Assembly (NCBI GenBank): GCA_965250285.1
Contig: OZ252299.1
Location: 2,144,001 to 2,208,000 of the forward strand
Source of the DNA: Myxococcota bacterium
GTDB taxonomy: Bacteria; Myxococcota_A; UBA9160; UBA4427
Length of the DNA: 64,000 nucleotides
Reading direction: 5' to 3'
A program made the position numbers and the translations under genes. Below, piece after piece: positions 1-8,992 of this stretch. Each line of letters starts with the position of its first letter. Positions within the stretch are counted from its first letter, which is position 1. The notes below the pieces were generated by a model that saw nothing but the letters and a program-made list of their open reading frames with translations, had not been told where the DNA came from and ran no database searches.

Positions 1-672
1 CTGATGGGGACGCACTCGGGCGTCGACGCCGTCATCGACGATGCGATCCGAGTGCTCGCCGATCTCGGTGCAGAGATCGTCGACCCCGCCCTCGGGTCTG
101 CGGTGCCGCTCTTCGGTGAGGCCGAGCTCGAGCTCTGCCTGTACGAAATGAAGGCCGGGCTGAACCGGTATCTGTCAGAGCACCCGCTCAGCCCGGTACG
201 CTCCCTCGACGCGCTGATCGACTTCAATCGGTCGCACGCCGAGCGGGTCATGCCCTTCTTCCAGCAGGAGCTGCTCGAGCGGGCCGTTTCCAAGGGCGGG
301 CTCGACGAACCGGCCTACCTCGATGCAAAGCGGGAATGTCATCGCCTGGCGCGCACCGACGGCATCGACCGCGTGCTGCGCGACCACCGCCTCGACGCCA
401 TCGTGGCGCCCACCGACGGCATGCCGGCCTGGAAGATCGACCCGCTCTGCGGCGACCGCATCGAAGGGGGCTGCTCTTCGCCCGCGGCCATGGCCGGCTA
501 TCCGCACATCAGCGTCCCGGCCGGTCAGTTCCACGGGCTCCCCGTCGCGCTCTCCTTCTTTGCCGACGCCTACCAGGAGGCGAAGCTCCTGGGCTACGCC
601 CACGCGTTCGAACAAGCGACGCGCGCGCGCCGATCGCCCACCTTCCGTCCCTCGATCGATTCGCCCGCGTGA
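1..672 (+). CDS. Amidase signature family protein, C-terminal part (starts before the window)
   Basis: LDAIVAPT...PAAMAGYPHISVPAG...GLPVALSF...EAKLLGYAHAFEQ is the typical amidase C-terminus; the frame is open from base 1. Confidence 0.85.
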   Translation: MMGTHSGVDAVIDDAIRVLADLGAEIVDPALGSAVPLFGEAELELCLYEMKAGLNRYLSEHPLSPVRSLDALIDFNRSHAERVMPFFQQELLERAVSKGGLDEPAYLDAKRECHRLARTDGIDRVLRDHRLDAIVAPTDGMPAWKIDPLCGDRIEGGCSSPAAMAGYPHISVPAGQFHGLPVALSFFADAYQEAKLLGYAHAFEQATRARRSPTFRPSIDSPA

Positions 673-784
673 ACGCCCGTTCCGGACAACTTGGCGCCGT
701 GCCGCTCGAGTCGAGCACCACGCAGGCGGCCGATGTAGCCTCGGCCGTGCGCGAGCCCGTGCCACAGTCACGCTGGAGGAGCCG

Positions 785-1627
785 ATGCAGACCCGCCCCC
801 TCGATGGTGCCTTCGGCGTCGAAGTCACCGATCTCGATCTCGCCCAGTCGATCGACGCGCCGACGGCCGATGCGCTGCGCGCCGCGCTGCTCGACCACCG
901 GCTGCTCGTCTTTCGCGATCAGAAGCTCTCGCCCGAACACCTGCGCGATCTCGGCCAGCTCTTTGGCCGCCTAGACGTGCACCCCTTCATCGAGGCCATG
1001 GAAGGCGTGCCCGAGGTCATTCCGATCGTGAAGGAGGCGGACGAGAAGCAGAACTTCGGCGGCGCGTGGCATTCCGAGGTCAGCTTCTACGAAGCGCCCG
1101 CCATGGGCACCCTCCTCTACGCGGTCGAGACGCCCGACGAAGGCGGCGACACGCTGCTCGCCGACGCGGTGCTCGCCTACGACGCGCTGCCCGACGAAGT
1201 GAAGGCCGAGATCGACGGGCTCCAGGCCGAGCACAGTGCCGAGCACGTGTACGGCCCGGGCGGGGCCTACGAGAAGCGCGCGACGGGCGCAGCTTCGGGG
1301 ACGAAGACCCAGAACATGGAGGCTGCGACCGGGCGCACCGCGCATCCGGTCGTGCGCACCCACCCCGAGACGGGCGAGAAGATTCTCTACGTGAACCTCG
1401 CGTTCACCGTCGGGCTGGTCGGTCGCAGCGATGATGAGGCGCGGCCGCTCCTCAACAAGCTGATCCAGCACGTCGTGAACGACGCCTTCGTCACCCGGCT
1501 CAAGTGGGCACCGGGCACGCTCGCGCTCTGGGACAATCGCTCGACCCAGCACTTCGCGCTGAACGATTACCGCGGCGACCGAAGAGAGATGTGGCGGGTG
1601 GTCGTCGAGGGCGATCGGCCGATCTGA
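785..1627 (+). CDS. TauD/TfdA family Fe(II)/2-oxoglutarate dioxygenase
   Basis: GGAGGA RBS at 775-780; LLVFRDQ, WHSE, GGDT, HPVVRTHPETG and WDNRSTQH motifs. Confidence 0.9.
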   Translation: MQTRPLDGAFGVEVTDLDLAQSIDAPTADALRAALLDHRLLVFRDQKLSPEHLRDLGQLFGRLDVHPFIEAMEGVPEVIPIVKEADEKQNFGGAWHSEVSFYEAPAMGTLLYAVETPDEGGDTLLADAVLAYDALPDEVKAEIDGLQAEHSAEHVYGPGGAYEKRATGAASGTKTQNMEAATGRTAHPVVRTHPETGEKILYVNLAFTVGLVGRSDDEARPLLNKLIQHVVNDAFVTRLKWAPGTLALWDNRSTQHFALNDYRGDRREMWRVVVEGDRPI

Positions 1628-1657
1628 AGCCGGCACGCGCGGCCCCGCCCGGGTGGT

Positions 1658-2464
1658 CTAGCGACCGCTGAACTTCGGCGAGCGCTTCTCCATGATCGCC
1701 TTCACGGCCTCGACGCCGTCTTCGCTGCGCAGCCCGCGCACCGCGTAGCTGAGCTCGTCGCGCAGATGCGACTCGATGTCGCGCGGGAGCCCGACCCGGG
1801 TGACCAGCCGTTTCGTCTGGCGCGCCGCGATCGGCGCGACGGCGGCCATGCGCTCGCAGTACTCGATGAAGTGCCCCTCGAAGGCCTCGGCCGGGACGAC
1901 CTCGCCCACCAGCCCGATCTCGTGCGCCGCATCCGCCGACAGGAACGCCTGCTCGAGCAGAAATCGCATCGCACGCTCGTGCCCCACGGCCTGGGGCAGC
2001 GTCCACGCGAGCCCTCCGTCGGGCGAGGTGCCCGCCCGGGCGTAGCCCGGATGAAAGCGCGCGCTCGAACTCGCGATCCGCATGTCGGCGCACATCGCGA
2101 GCGACAGCCCGGCGCCGATCGCGATGCCGTTCACGCCGGCGATGACCGGTTTGTCGCAGCCGATCCGAATCGTCATCGGGAACCGCCCGATCCAGCTGAG
2201 GTCGTCGACCGCTTCCTCGGCCGGCGAGAGCTCGGGCGCTTCGTCCCCGCCGATCGCGAGATCGACACCCGAGCAGAAAGCGTCGCCCGCGCCGGTGATG
2301 CCGATCGCGCGCACCGCGTCGTCGTGGGCGGCGCGCTCGAAGGCGCGCACGAGGCCCCAGCCCAGCTCGTTCGAGAGCGCGTTCTTCTTCTGGGGCCGGT
2401 TCAGCCGCAAGAGCCGAACGTCACCGCGCTGCTCCTCGACCAGGACGGGCACTGCATCCGACAT
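1658..2464 (-). CDS. Enoyl-CoA hydratase/isomerase (crotonase) family protein
   Basis: LNRPQKKNAL, FCSGVDL, KPVIAGVNGIAIGAGLSLAMCAD, EKRSPKFSGR. Confidence 0.9.
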   Translation of the reverse strand: MSDAVPVLVEEQRGDVRLLRLNRPQKKNALSNELGWGLVRAFERAAHDDAVRAIGITGAGDAFCSGVDLAIGGDEAPELSPAEEAVDDLSWIGRFPMTIRIGCDKPVIAGVNGIAIGAGLSLAMCADMRIASSSARFHPGYARAGTSPDGGLAWTLPQAVGHERAMRFLLEQAFLSADAAHEIGLVGEVVPAEAFEGHFIEYCERMAAVAPIAARQTKRLVTRVGLPRDIESHLRDELSYAVRGLRSEDGVEAVKAIMEKRSPKFSGR

Positions 2465-2490
2465 GACGCGCACCTCCACCGATGGCTCGG

Positions 2491-2862
2491 TCAGCCGTTC
2501 ACCTGGCTCATCAGCATGCCAACGTCGAAGTAGTCGCGCCAAGCCGTGATCTTGCCCGCGTCGTTGACCTCGAACGTCCCCATCACCGGCAGCTCGGCGA
2601 GCTTGCCCTGCATGGTGACGCGATCGACGCGCTCGGTCATGACGACCGAACCGTTCACGGCGATGTGCAGCAGCTCGAAGCTGCCTTCGCTGTCGTCCGA
2701 GATGAACATGTTGAGCGTGGCAGCGATGGCGTCTCGCCCCACGGCCGGGTCGAACGGAATGTTGTGGTAGACCGCGTCGTCCGCAAAGAATCCGAGCAGC
2801 TCCTCGGCATCCTGTCGGGCGAACGCGGCACAGAAGTCGCGCACGATGGTTTCGGGATCCAT
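2491..2862 (-). CDS. Limonene-1,2-epoxide hydrolase / SnoaL-like family protein
   Basis: DAVYHNIP, VMTERVD, LPVMGTFEV and KITAWRDYFD motifs. Confidence 0.85.
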   Translation of the reverse strand: MDPETIVRDFCAAFARQDAEELLGFFADDAVYHNIPFDPAVGRDAIAATLNMFISDDSEGSFELLHIAVNGSVVMTERVDRVTMQGKLAELPVMGTFEVNDAGKITAWRDYFDVGMLMSQVNG

Positions 2863-3023
2863 GCCGCGACGCTAGCGCGCCGGGCGGCGCTCTCACGGCT
2901 GAGGGCCACGCCGTGTGCGCGCCCCCGCATGCGCCCCCTCGCCATTCCGCATGCGCTATCCCCTGGGATTCTGGTTCCCTTGCCCCGCCTCTTTCGCCTG
3001 CGCCTCACCGGAGAGGGATCGCC

Positions 3024-4013
3024 GTGCCCCTGCGCACCCACGCCGACTGCCTGTCGGGGCTTCGTCTGTGCCTGGCCGTGGCCGGCCTGCTGGTGTTCTG
3101 GCCAGGCGGCGCGCTCGCCCGCCCCCAGACGCCTGCGCCGACACCCGACGGCGAGCCGCCGACCGAGGCGCTGATCGGCGAGATCCCGTTCCACGCGTCG
3201 ACCCCGCTCAGCCGGGTGCTGCTCGATCTCGCACCGGAGGGGCGCAAACCCTTCCTGCTCATGTTGGACACCGGAGCCAGTACCAGCATCATCACGCCAC
3301 GGATGGCGCGCAACCTGGGCGTCAACGTGCGCCCGCACAAGAGCTCACCCTACCGACAGAGGACCCGGCTCGGTCGCGACCTGCTCTTTTGGGTCGACAC
3401 GCGTGCCAGTGACACCGGCGTGCAGGGGGGGAGCTTCGAGTTCGGGGTGCTCGGCAGCGACTTCCTCGACGACTACGTCCTCGAGATCGACTATCCGCGC
3501 CGGGTCGTGCGCTTCTGGGACGCGAAGGCCTATTCCATCCCCGAAACGCATCCTTCGCCCGACGTGCACGTCCTGCCATTCAAGCGCAGCGGCACGCGCA
3601 TCGTCGTTCCGGTCGAGCTCGATGGCCACGACTTCCACGCACTCTTCGATACCGGTGCGCCGTTCGTGCTGGTCTCCAAGAAGAACGCCAAGGCGGCGGG
3701 CGTCTCGAAGGAGGCCCTGCTGGAGACGGTGCCCATCGGCTACGTCCTCGGCGACGCCCAGAGCCGCGTGTACGAGCCTGAATCGCTGCGATTGGGCGGC
3801 GTCGAGGTGCCTCCAACGCCGATCCTGATCGAGTCCAAGTCGCCCATGAACGTCCCAGGCGGTGCCATCGTCGGCTATGACGCCTTCGGCCCGTTCAAGG
3901 TTCGCATCGACTACAAGCGCAAGCGCATCTCGCTCTCGAAGCCGGCGGATCCCCCGACGTTCATCAATGCGCTCGACACCTATCGGCGCGACCTTCGAGA
4001 GGCCGGGCAGTAG
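3024..4013 (+). CDS. Secreted aspartyl protease with two retropepsin-like domains
   Basis: Signal-like N-terminus; LDTGAS...GVLGSDFL and FDTGAP...AIVGYDAF; GTG start after GGAGAGG (start inferred). Confidence 0.75.
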   Translation: MPLRTHADCLSGLRLCLAVAGLLVFWPGGALARPQTPAPTPDGEPPTEALIGEIPFHASTPLSRVLLDLAPEGRKPFLLMLDTGASTSIITPRMARNLGVNVRPHKSSPYRQRTRLGRDLLFWVDTRASDTGVQGGSFEFGVLGSDFLDDYVLEIDYPRRVVRFWDAKAYSIPETHPSPDVHVLPFKRSGTRIVVPVELDGHDFHALFDTGAPFVLVSKKNAKAAGVSKEALLETVPIGYVLGDAQSRVYEPESLRLGGVEVPPTPILIESKSPMNVPGGAIVGYDAFGPFKVRIDYKRKRISLSKPADPPTFINALDTYRRDLREAGQ

Positions 4014-4037
4014 AGGTCGCGCTCGCCCCGGGCACCC

Positions 4038-4535
4038 TCACCCGCCCTGGGTCACGCCGACCTTCGAAACCATGAACTGCACCGCTGCGCGCACCTCGTC
4101 GTCGCTCAGGTCGGCGTTGCCGCCGCGGGCGGGCATCTCGCCCACCTTGCCGTAGAAGCCCTGGGTCGCGTGCTCGACGAGCACGTCGAGGCCCTGAGCC
4201 ACGCGCGGCGACCAGAGCGCTTCGTTGCCGATCAGCGGCGCGCCGCCGAGACCGGTCGAGTGACAGTCGATGCACGTACCCGTCCACGTGACGCGGCCCG
4301 CTTCGAGAAGCGGATCGTCGACCGGCGTCTCCCAGAGCCCGGGATCGGGCAGCGCCGGCTTCGCCTTGGCGGCGGGCTGACTCAACACCGTGAAGCCGTC
4401 GCTCGGCGGCGGCTCTTCGGCGCCGGAGCAACCGAGCAAGACGACGCAGAGTGCCGCGGCCGCGACCAGGCGCGCGCGCAGACCCTCTGCGCGCGCGCCT
4501 CCCTTGGCCTGCTTCCTCCTCGCGGTGGGTCTCAC
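4038..4535 (-). CDS. Cytochrome c5-like monohaem lipoprotein
   Basis: Lipobox VLLGC, CIDCH, GAP, EMPARGG (Met ligand), LSDDEVRAAVQFM; GTG start overlaps the upstream TGA (GTGA). Confidence 0.8.
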   Translation of the reverse strand: MRPTARRKQAKGGARAEGLRARLVAAAALCVVLLGCSGAEEPPPSDGFTVLSQPAAKAKPALPDPGLWETPVDDPLLEAGRVTWTGTCIDCHSTGLGGAPLIGNEALWSPRVAQGLDVLVEHATQGFYGKVGEMPARGGNADLSDDEVRAAVQFMVSKVGVTQGG

Positions 4536-5119
4536 GAGCCGACGGGGATCCGGATCACCACGCCGCCCATCACGTCGCCCAGGGCGAAGTCGTCGCGGGG
4601 GGTGTCCTTGTGCTCGTTGTGGCAGCTGACGCACGCGGGGGCGACAGCCGTGTCGGCGTAGACCGCGGTGAAGTACTTCTGCCCGCCGAGGGTTTCCTCG
4701 GCGTAGAAGTTCTGACCCTTGTTGTCCGCGACGTACACGAGCCCCGCCTTCTCGACGTCTGTGCGCGGTGCGTTCTGCTTGTTGATGGGCCAGATCGAAA
4801 GCAGCGAATACGAGAAACCGGGCTCCTTCTCGGCCACCATCTCGGCGCCCATCCGGAACATCTGGGCGGGCAACGGCAGCGCAGGCTCCTCCTTCCAGTG
4901 CTCACTCGCCTTGATCACACCCTGCTCCTTCGCGAGCCGGTTGACGACGTTGCGCGTGTAGACCGTGCGGTCCGATTCCATCACAGCGTGCAAGGCGTCG
5001 GCCATCTGTTGCGGCTCGACGCCTCCTCCGCCGCTGCTCGCGTTGGACGGTTGACACCCGACACCCGTCAGGCCGATGCACAACGCCAGGCCCAACGCAC
5101 CGATCGTGCCGAACTTCAT
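4532..5119 (-). CDS. DUF3365/Tll0287-like monohaem lipoprotein
   Basis: Signal peptide with GVGC lipobox; PINKQNAP; C-terminal ACVSCH...GDVMGGVVIRIP typical of the DUF3365 haem domain. Confidence 0.75.
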   Translation of the reverse strand: MKFGTIGALGLALCIGLTGVGCQPSNASSGGGGVEPQQMADALHAVMESDRTVYTRNVVNRLAKEQGVIKASEHWKEEPALPLPAQMFRMGAEMVAEKEPGFSYSLLSIWPINKQNAPRTDVEKAGLVYVADNKGQNFYAEETLGGQKYFTAVYADTAVAPACVSCHNEHKDTPRDDFALGDVMGGVVIRIPVGS

Positions 5120-6516
5120 CACTTGCTCTCCTCTTGCCTTCCTTTGGTTTGGTTTTCCTGCCAGGGCGGGGGCTTCCCTTCGAGCTCCCAACGGAGCACG
5201 GTCGCGAAATGGATGCTGTCGACGGTGACCGAAGGCGGACCGTCGTAGTTCGTCGCGGCGAGTTCGGGGTCGGCCAGCGCATCGAGGGCGAAGCCGAGCC
5301 CGTGACAGTCGAGGCAGACCGGGCGAATCATCTTGTCGCCGGGCCGCAGCGTGTCGTTCTGGTTGTGGGCGACGCGGATGCCGCCTTCGTGATCGATGCG
5401 CGGCAGGTGGCAGGTCGCGCACGAGACCCCCGTGCCGGGCGCGCCGGCGCCGCTCTGCTCGGCCACCCAGAGTGCACCGTGCGAAGACGCCTCCCAGGCA
5501 CGACTGTGTTCGTCGGCGTGGCATTCGAGGCACGCCTCGGCCGCGGCCGTGCGCGTGTCGTAGCCATGGGCGCCGTGACACGACTGACAGCCGAGCTCGG
5601 CCTCGGCCGCATCGGCATGCATCGGGAGCCGTGCCTGCCCCGGCGTCATGGCCGGCAGGTCGGCGGCGAGCCGCATTCCGTGGCGGCCCGCGCCAAAACC
5701 GTCGTGCTCGAACTGGTGGCACTCGGCGCAGGCTGCGGGCGCGGGTTGATCCGCCCAGGCCGCGCCGGCCGGCGCATGACAGGCGTTGCAGTTGACGCCG
5801 GCCTCGGCGTGCGAGGTGCCCAGCCAGTCGGCGACGGCGTCGTCGCGCCCATCGAGATCGGGCGGGGCGTCTGCGTCGACGGCGAGCAGCGGCCGGGGGC
5901 CGGCATGGCCCTGCGCACGCGCCCACGCGAGCAGCCCGCGTTCCGGCGTTCTCGGATCGACCGCGAGCCTTGGCTCGTCGCGGTGGTCGACCAGGAAGTC
6001 TTCGTAGAGCGCGCGGTTGTCATGAAAGTTGTGACATCCCGAGGCCGCGCAGCCGTCGAAGGGCAGGCCCGCGTGAGTCGGCCGCTCTTCACCGACGTCT
6101 TCGTGGCAGCGGTAGCAGTAGTCACCCGGCAGGCTGAGTCCCATCGTCGAGGTCAACTCGGGGCGATGTTCCTGGTGACACGTCACACACCAACGCGCGT
6201 CGAGGGATTCGACCCGGTCGGCGTTGCGCGGATCGGTGAACTTGCGCTGCGGATGCGAATCGTCGACGAGCTTCAGCTCAGCGCCGTGACATTCGACGCA
6301 GGCGTCCTGCATCGTGGTCAGATCACCGAACGAATCGGTGTGGCACGCGTCGCAGGCGAGCTCGATCTGGTAGTGCCCATCGGTCGTCTCTCCGGGCAGG
6401 AAGACCGTGCGTTCGATGGGAGCGCCTTCGAGAATCTGCGGCTCGAACATCAGCATTGCGAGTGCCCCGGCGGCGACGGCCGATCCGATGGACCAGATCC
6501 AAAGCTTCCCCGCCAC
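5119..6516 (-). CDS. Membrane-anchored multihaem cytochrome c (10 CxxCH plus one CxxxxCH)
   Basis: N-terminal hydrophobic helix; CDACH, CVECH, CVTCH, CYRCH, CAASGCH, CNACH, CAECH, CQSCH, CLECH, CATCH, CLDCH. Confidence 0.9.
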   Translation of the reverse strand: MAGKLWIWSIGSAVAAGALAMLMFEPQILEGAPIERTVFLPGETTDGHYQIELACDACHTDSFGDLTTMQDACVECHGAELKLVDDSHPQRKFTDPRNADRVESLDARWCVTCHQEHRPELTSTMGLSLPGDYCYRCHEDVGEERPTHAGLPFDGCAASGCHNFHDNRALYEDFLVDHRDEPRLAVDPRTPERGLLAWARAQGHAGPRPLLAVDADAPPDLDGRDDAVADWLGTSHAEAGVNCNACHAPAGAAWADQPAPAACAECHQFEHDGFGAGRHGMRLAADLPAMTPGQARLPMHADAAEAELGCQSCHGAHGYDTRTAAAEACLECHADEHSRAWEASSHGALWVAEQSGAGAPGTGVSCATCHLPRIDHEGGIRVAHNQNDTLRPGDKMIRPVCLDCHGLGFALDALADPELAATNYDGPPSVTVDSIHFATVLRWELEGKPPPWQENQTKGRQEESK

Positions 6517-6531
6517 GCGGCTTCGCTCTCC

Positions 6532-8499
6532 TCAGTAGAAGTAGACCGCCAGGACGTGCGCGGCGGTGAGCACCGGCAGCGGCCAGACGACGAACACGTG
6601 CGCCGCGGTCCATCCACGACGCAATACCCCTCCCCACTCCGGCGACATCCGGCGCTCGAGCCAGGTCACCAGACCGGCGAGCGCGCCGAGCAGCGCCGCC
6701 GCGAGGAAGCAGAGCATCAGCACCTGATTGAGATTCGACCCGAGTCGGAACCCCGTGTGCGCAACGAGCAGGCCCAGCGTGGCGACGCCCATCGTCGCGT
6801 GGGCCACACGCCAACCCGATACCGAGCCGATCTTGAACCGACCGATGCGCTTGCGAATCGAGAAGATCAGGCTCGCGAGGACGACCCCCACGAGCGTGAA
6901 GCCGCTGATCTGCTTCGCGGTGGCGTCGCGCCAGATCCAGTCGATCCCCGGCCCCGTCTCGAGCGACGTCGACATCGGAATCGGATCGAACGCGCCGAAC
7001 AGGAGCACCCCGACGAGCCCGGCGACGCCCGCCAGACCGAGACCCCAGCCGGCCCCCCGGCGTCGGCTGTCGGCGCGCTCGCCCGCCAACGCTTCGAGCA
7101 GCGGCTCGCAGCTCCCGCAGACCGAAGCCGCGCCCGTCTCTTCACTGAGCGCCACAGAAGAGCACGCACCGCGCGCCTGGGCTGCGCGCAGCGCGCCGCA
7201 GGTGACGCCCGTGCAGGTACAGACGACGGCCGCATCGGGCCACTGGGCAATGGGCTTCTCGGCCCCGTCGGCCCAGAGCCGGCCGGTGCGGTCGAATCGG
7301 CGGCGTTGCCAGGCGCGGACCCGGGCCCCCTCCGATACGGCCTCTTGAAGCCGCGGAAACTCGGAGCCGGCGCCGACGGCGATCGCGCCGACGATGCGGC
7401 CTTCGCGCAAGACGATCCGGCGATACTCGTCGTCGCGCACCCAGCTGAGGGCCGAGACGCCCACGCCCTCGGCGAGCGAATCGCCCACGGCGGCCACGTC
7501 GATCTCGTCGATCTTGAGACGAGCCGAAGAGACGGCGCCTTCGAACGGGCGGGTCTCGCCGTCCATCCGCGCGATCCAAGACTCGACCATCTCGTAGCAG
7601 GGCGCGACCAGGCCATAGGTCTGGTCGCGGTGGCGCACGCACTCGCCGATGGCATCGATGTGCGGATCCGACGTCGCGAGGTGATCGTCGACCAGGATGC
7701 CGCCGCGATCGTCGCACGCGACGCCGGCGGCGCGCGCCAGGTCGTCCCGCGGCCGGATCCCCGCGGCGAGCACGATGAGATCGGCCGGCAGTCGCCGACC
7801 GTCGCTCAGCGTGACGGTCTTCTCGTCCTCGCGGCGCTCGATGTCGTCGACGCGTGCAAGCAGATGCAGCCCGATCCCGAAGGACCGGATCGCGCGTTCG
7901 AGCACGGCCGCCCCTTCTGCGTCGAGCTGGCGCGGCAAGAGCCGAGGCCCCATCTCGATGACGTCGACGGCGCAGCCGCGGGCGATCAGCCCGCGCGCGA
8001 GTTCGAGCCCGAGCAGCCCGCCGCCAGCGACCACGACGCGCGCGCCCACCTCGGCGCGCCGCGCGATCTCCTCGGCATCCTCGCGCGTGCGGTACGCGAC
8101 CACGCCCGAGTGCTCGATTCCGGGGATCGGCGGCCGAAATGGCGCGCCGCCGGTGGCGATCACGAGGCGGTCGTATTCGACGATCGAGCCCGTCTCGGTG
8201 CGCACCACGCGCGCCTCACGGTCGACCTCGACCACGCGATCCTTGACCCGCAGTCGGATCCCGTGATCGGCGTACCAGGCGGCGTCGCGCAGGGCGAGCT
8301 CGTCGCCCTCCTCGCCCTTGACCACGGCACCCAGGTGGATGCGGTCGTAGGGCGCGTGCAGCTCTTCGGAGAGCAGCGTCACCTGCATCCCCGAAGCCAG
8401 GCCGGTCGAGACCAGCCGTTCGGCGATGCGATGTGCCGTCATGCCGCCGCCGACGATCGCCAGGCGCACGGGATCGCTCCCGGTCAACGCCGCCGCCAC
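6532..8499 (-). CDS. NirB-like FAD/NAD(P)H oxidoreductase with BFD-like [2Fe-2S] domain and C-terminal His-containing membrane domain
   Basis: IVGGGM, PYDRIHL, IATGG, VAGGGLLGLELA, AIGEC; CTC...CGSC; about five hydrophobic helices with two His pairs each 14 residues apart; no sirohaem/4Fe-4S domain. Confidence 0.8.
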   Translation of the reverse strand: MAAALTGSDPVRLAIVGGGMTAHRIAERLVSTGLASGMQVTLLSEELHAPYDRIHLGAVVKGEEGDELALRDAAWYADHGIRLRVKDRVVEVDREARVVRTETGSIVEYDRLVIATGGAPFRPPIPGIEHSGVVAYRTREDAEEIARRAEVGARVVVAGGGLLGLELARGLIARGCAVDVIEMGPRLLPRQLDAEGAAVLERAIRSFGIGLHLLARVDDIERREDEKTVTLSDGRRLPADLIVLAAGIRPRDDLARAAGVACDDRGGILVDDHLATSDPHIDAIGECVRHRDQTYGLVAPCYEMVESWIARMDGETRPFEGAVSSARLKIDEIDVAAVGDSLAEGVGVSALSWVRDDEYRRIVLREGRIVGAIAVGAGSEFPRLQEAVSEGARVRAWQRRRFDRTGRLWADGAEKPIAQWPDAAVVCTCTGVTCGALRAAQARGACSSVALSEETGAASVCGSCEPLLEALAGERADSRRRGAGWGLGLAGVAGLVGVLLFGAFDPIPMSTSLETGPGIDWIWRDATAKQISGFTLVGVVLASLIFSIRKRIGRFKIGSVSGWRVAHATMGVATLGLLVAHTGFRLGSNLNQVLMLCFLAAALLGALAGLVTWLERRMSPEWGGVLRRGWTAAHVFVVWPLPVLTAAHVLAVYFY

Positions 8500-8542
8500 G
8501 CCGGCCTCCGCATCGAGGTCTGATGCGCGCGCCGCACCCGAC

Positions 8543-8950
8543 TCAGGCCGCCGCGTCGATCATCACGGTCGAGAGAATCCCGTACGTCTTGACCCAGGCT
8601 TCGCGGGCTTCGTCGGTGAAGTCGTCGCCGAGCGCCGTGGCGAGCGTGTCGATCAGCACCTCGCCGACGACCGGATAGTGATCGGGCAGCGCCCCGTAGT
8701 CGGCGTGGCGCTTGCCGCTGGCCTCGACCGCGGGGACGATCTTCTCGATCTCGTCCATGTTGTTCACGGCGACGCCGATCATCGTCATCAGCTTCTGCCC
8801 CTGCGCCTTCATGTCTTCGGGAAAGAGCGGGCGCACGCCGGGTGCCTTCGCGAAGAGCTTCCCGTAGAAGAGGGTGGCGGCGGCATCGGGATCGGCGCCC
8901 GCGATCTCCCAGGTCTTGCGTACGACTTCGATCTCTCGGTCCGTGAACAC
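8543..8950 (-). CDS. Single-domain globin (flavohaemoglobin/Vitreoscilla haemoglobin-like fold)
   Basis: AAGGAG RBS then GTG; FYGKLF (TyrB10), PLFP, QGQKL (GlnE7), GKRHADYG (HisF8), HYPVVG, AWVKTYG. Confidence 0.9.
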   Translation of the reverse strand: MFTDREIEVVRKTWEIAGADPDAAATLFYGKLFAKAPGVRPLFPEDMKAQGQKLMTMIGVAVNNMDEIEKIVPAVEASGKRHADYGALPDHYPVVGEVLIDTLATALGDDFTDEAREAWVKTYGILSTVMIDAAA

Positions 8951-8992
8951 GTTCGACTCCTTTGGCTCGGTTTCGAGAGCCCCAAACGAGCG

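Noticed and set aside
5119..6516. Calling the multihaem protein nrfA or hao
   Set aside because: No CxxCK motif, and the haem number and spacing do not match either family
6532..8499. Calling this gene nirB
   Set aside because: It lacks the sirohaem/[4Fe-4S] catalytic domain, has no nirD partner, and ends in a membrane domain
5134..8523. 1129-aa plus-strand ORF
   Set aside because: Antisense shadow of the cytochrome and flavoprotein genes; Arg/Ala-rich with no motifs, as expected in high-GC DNA
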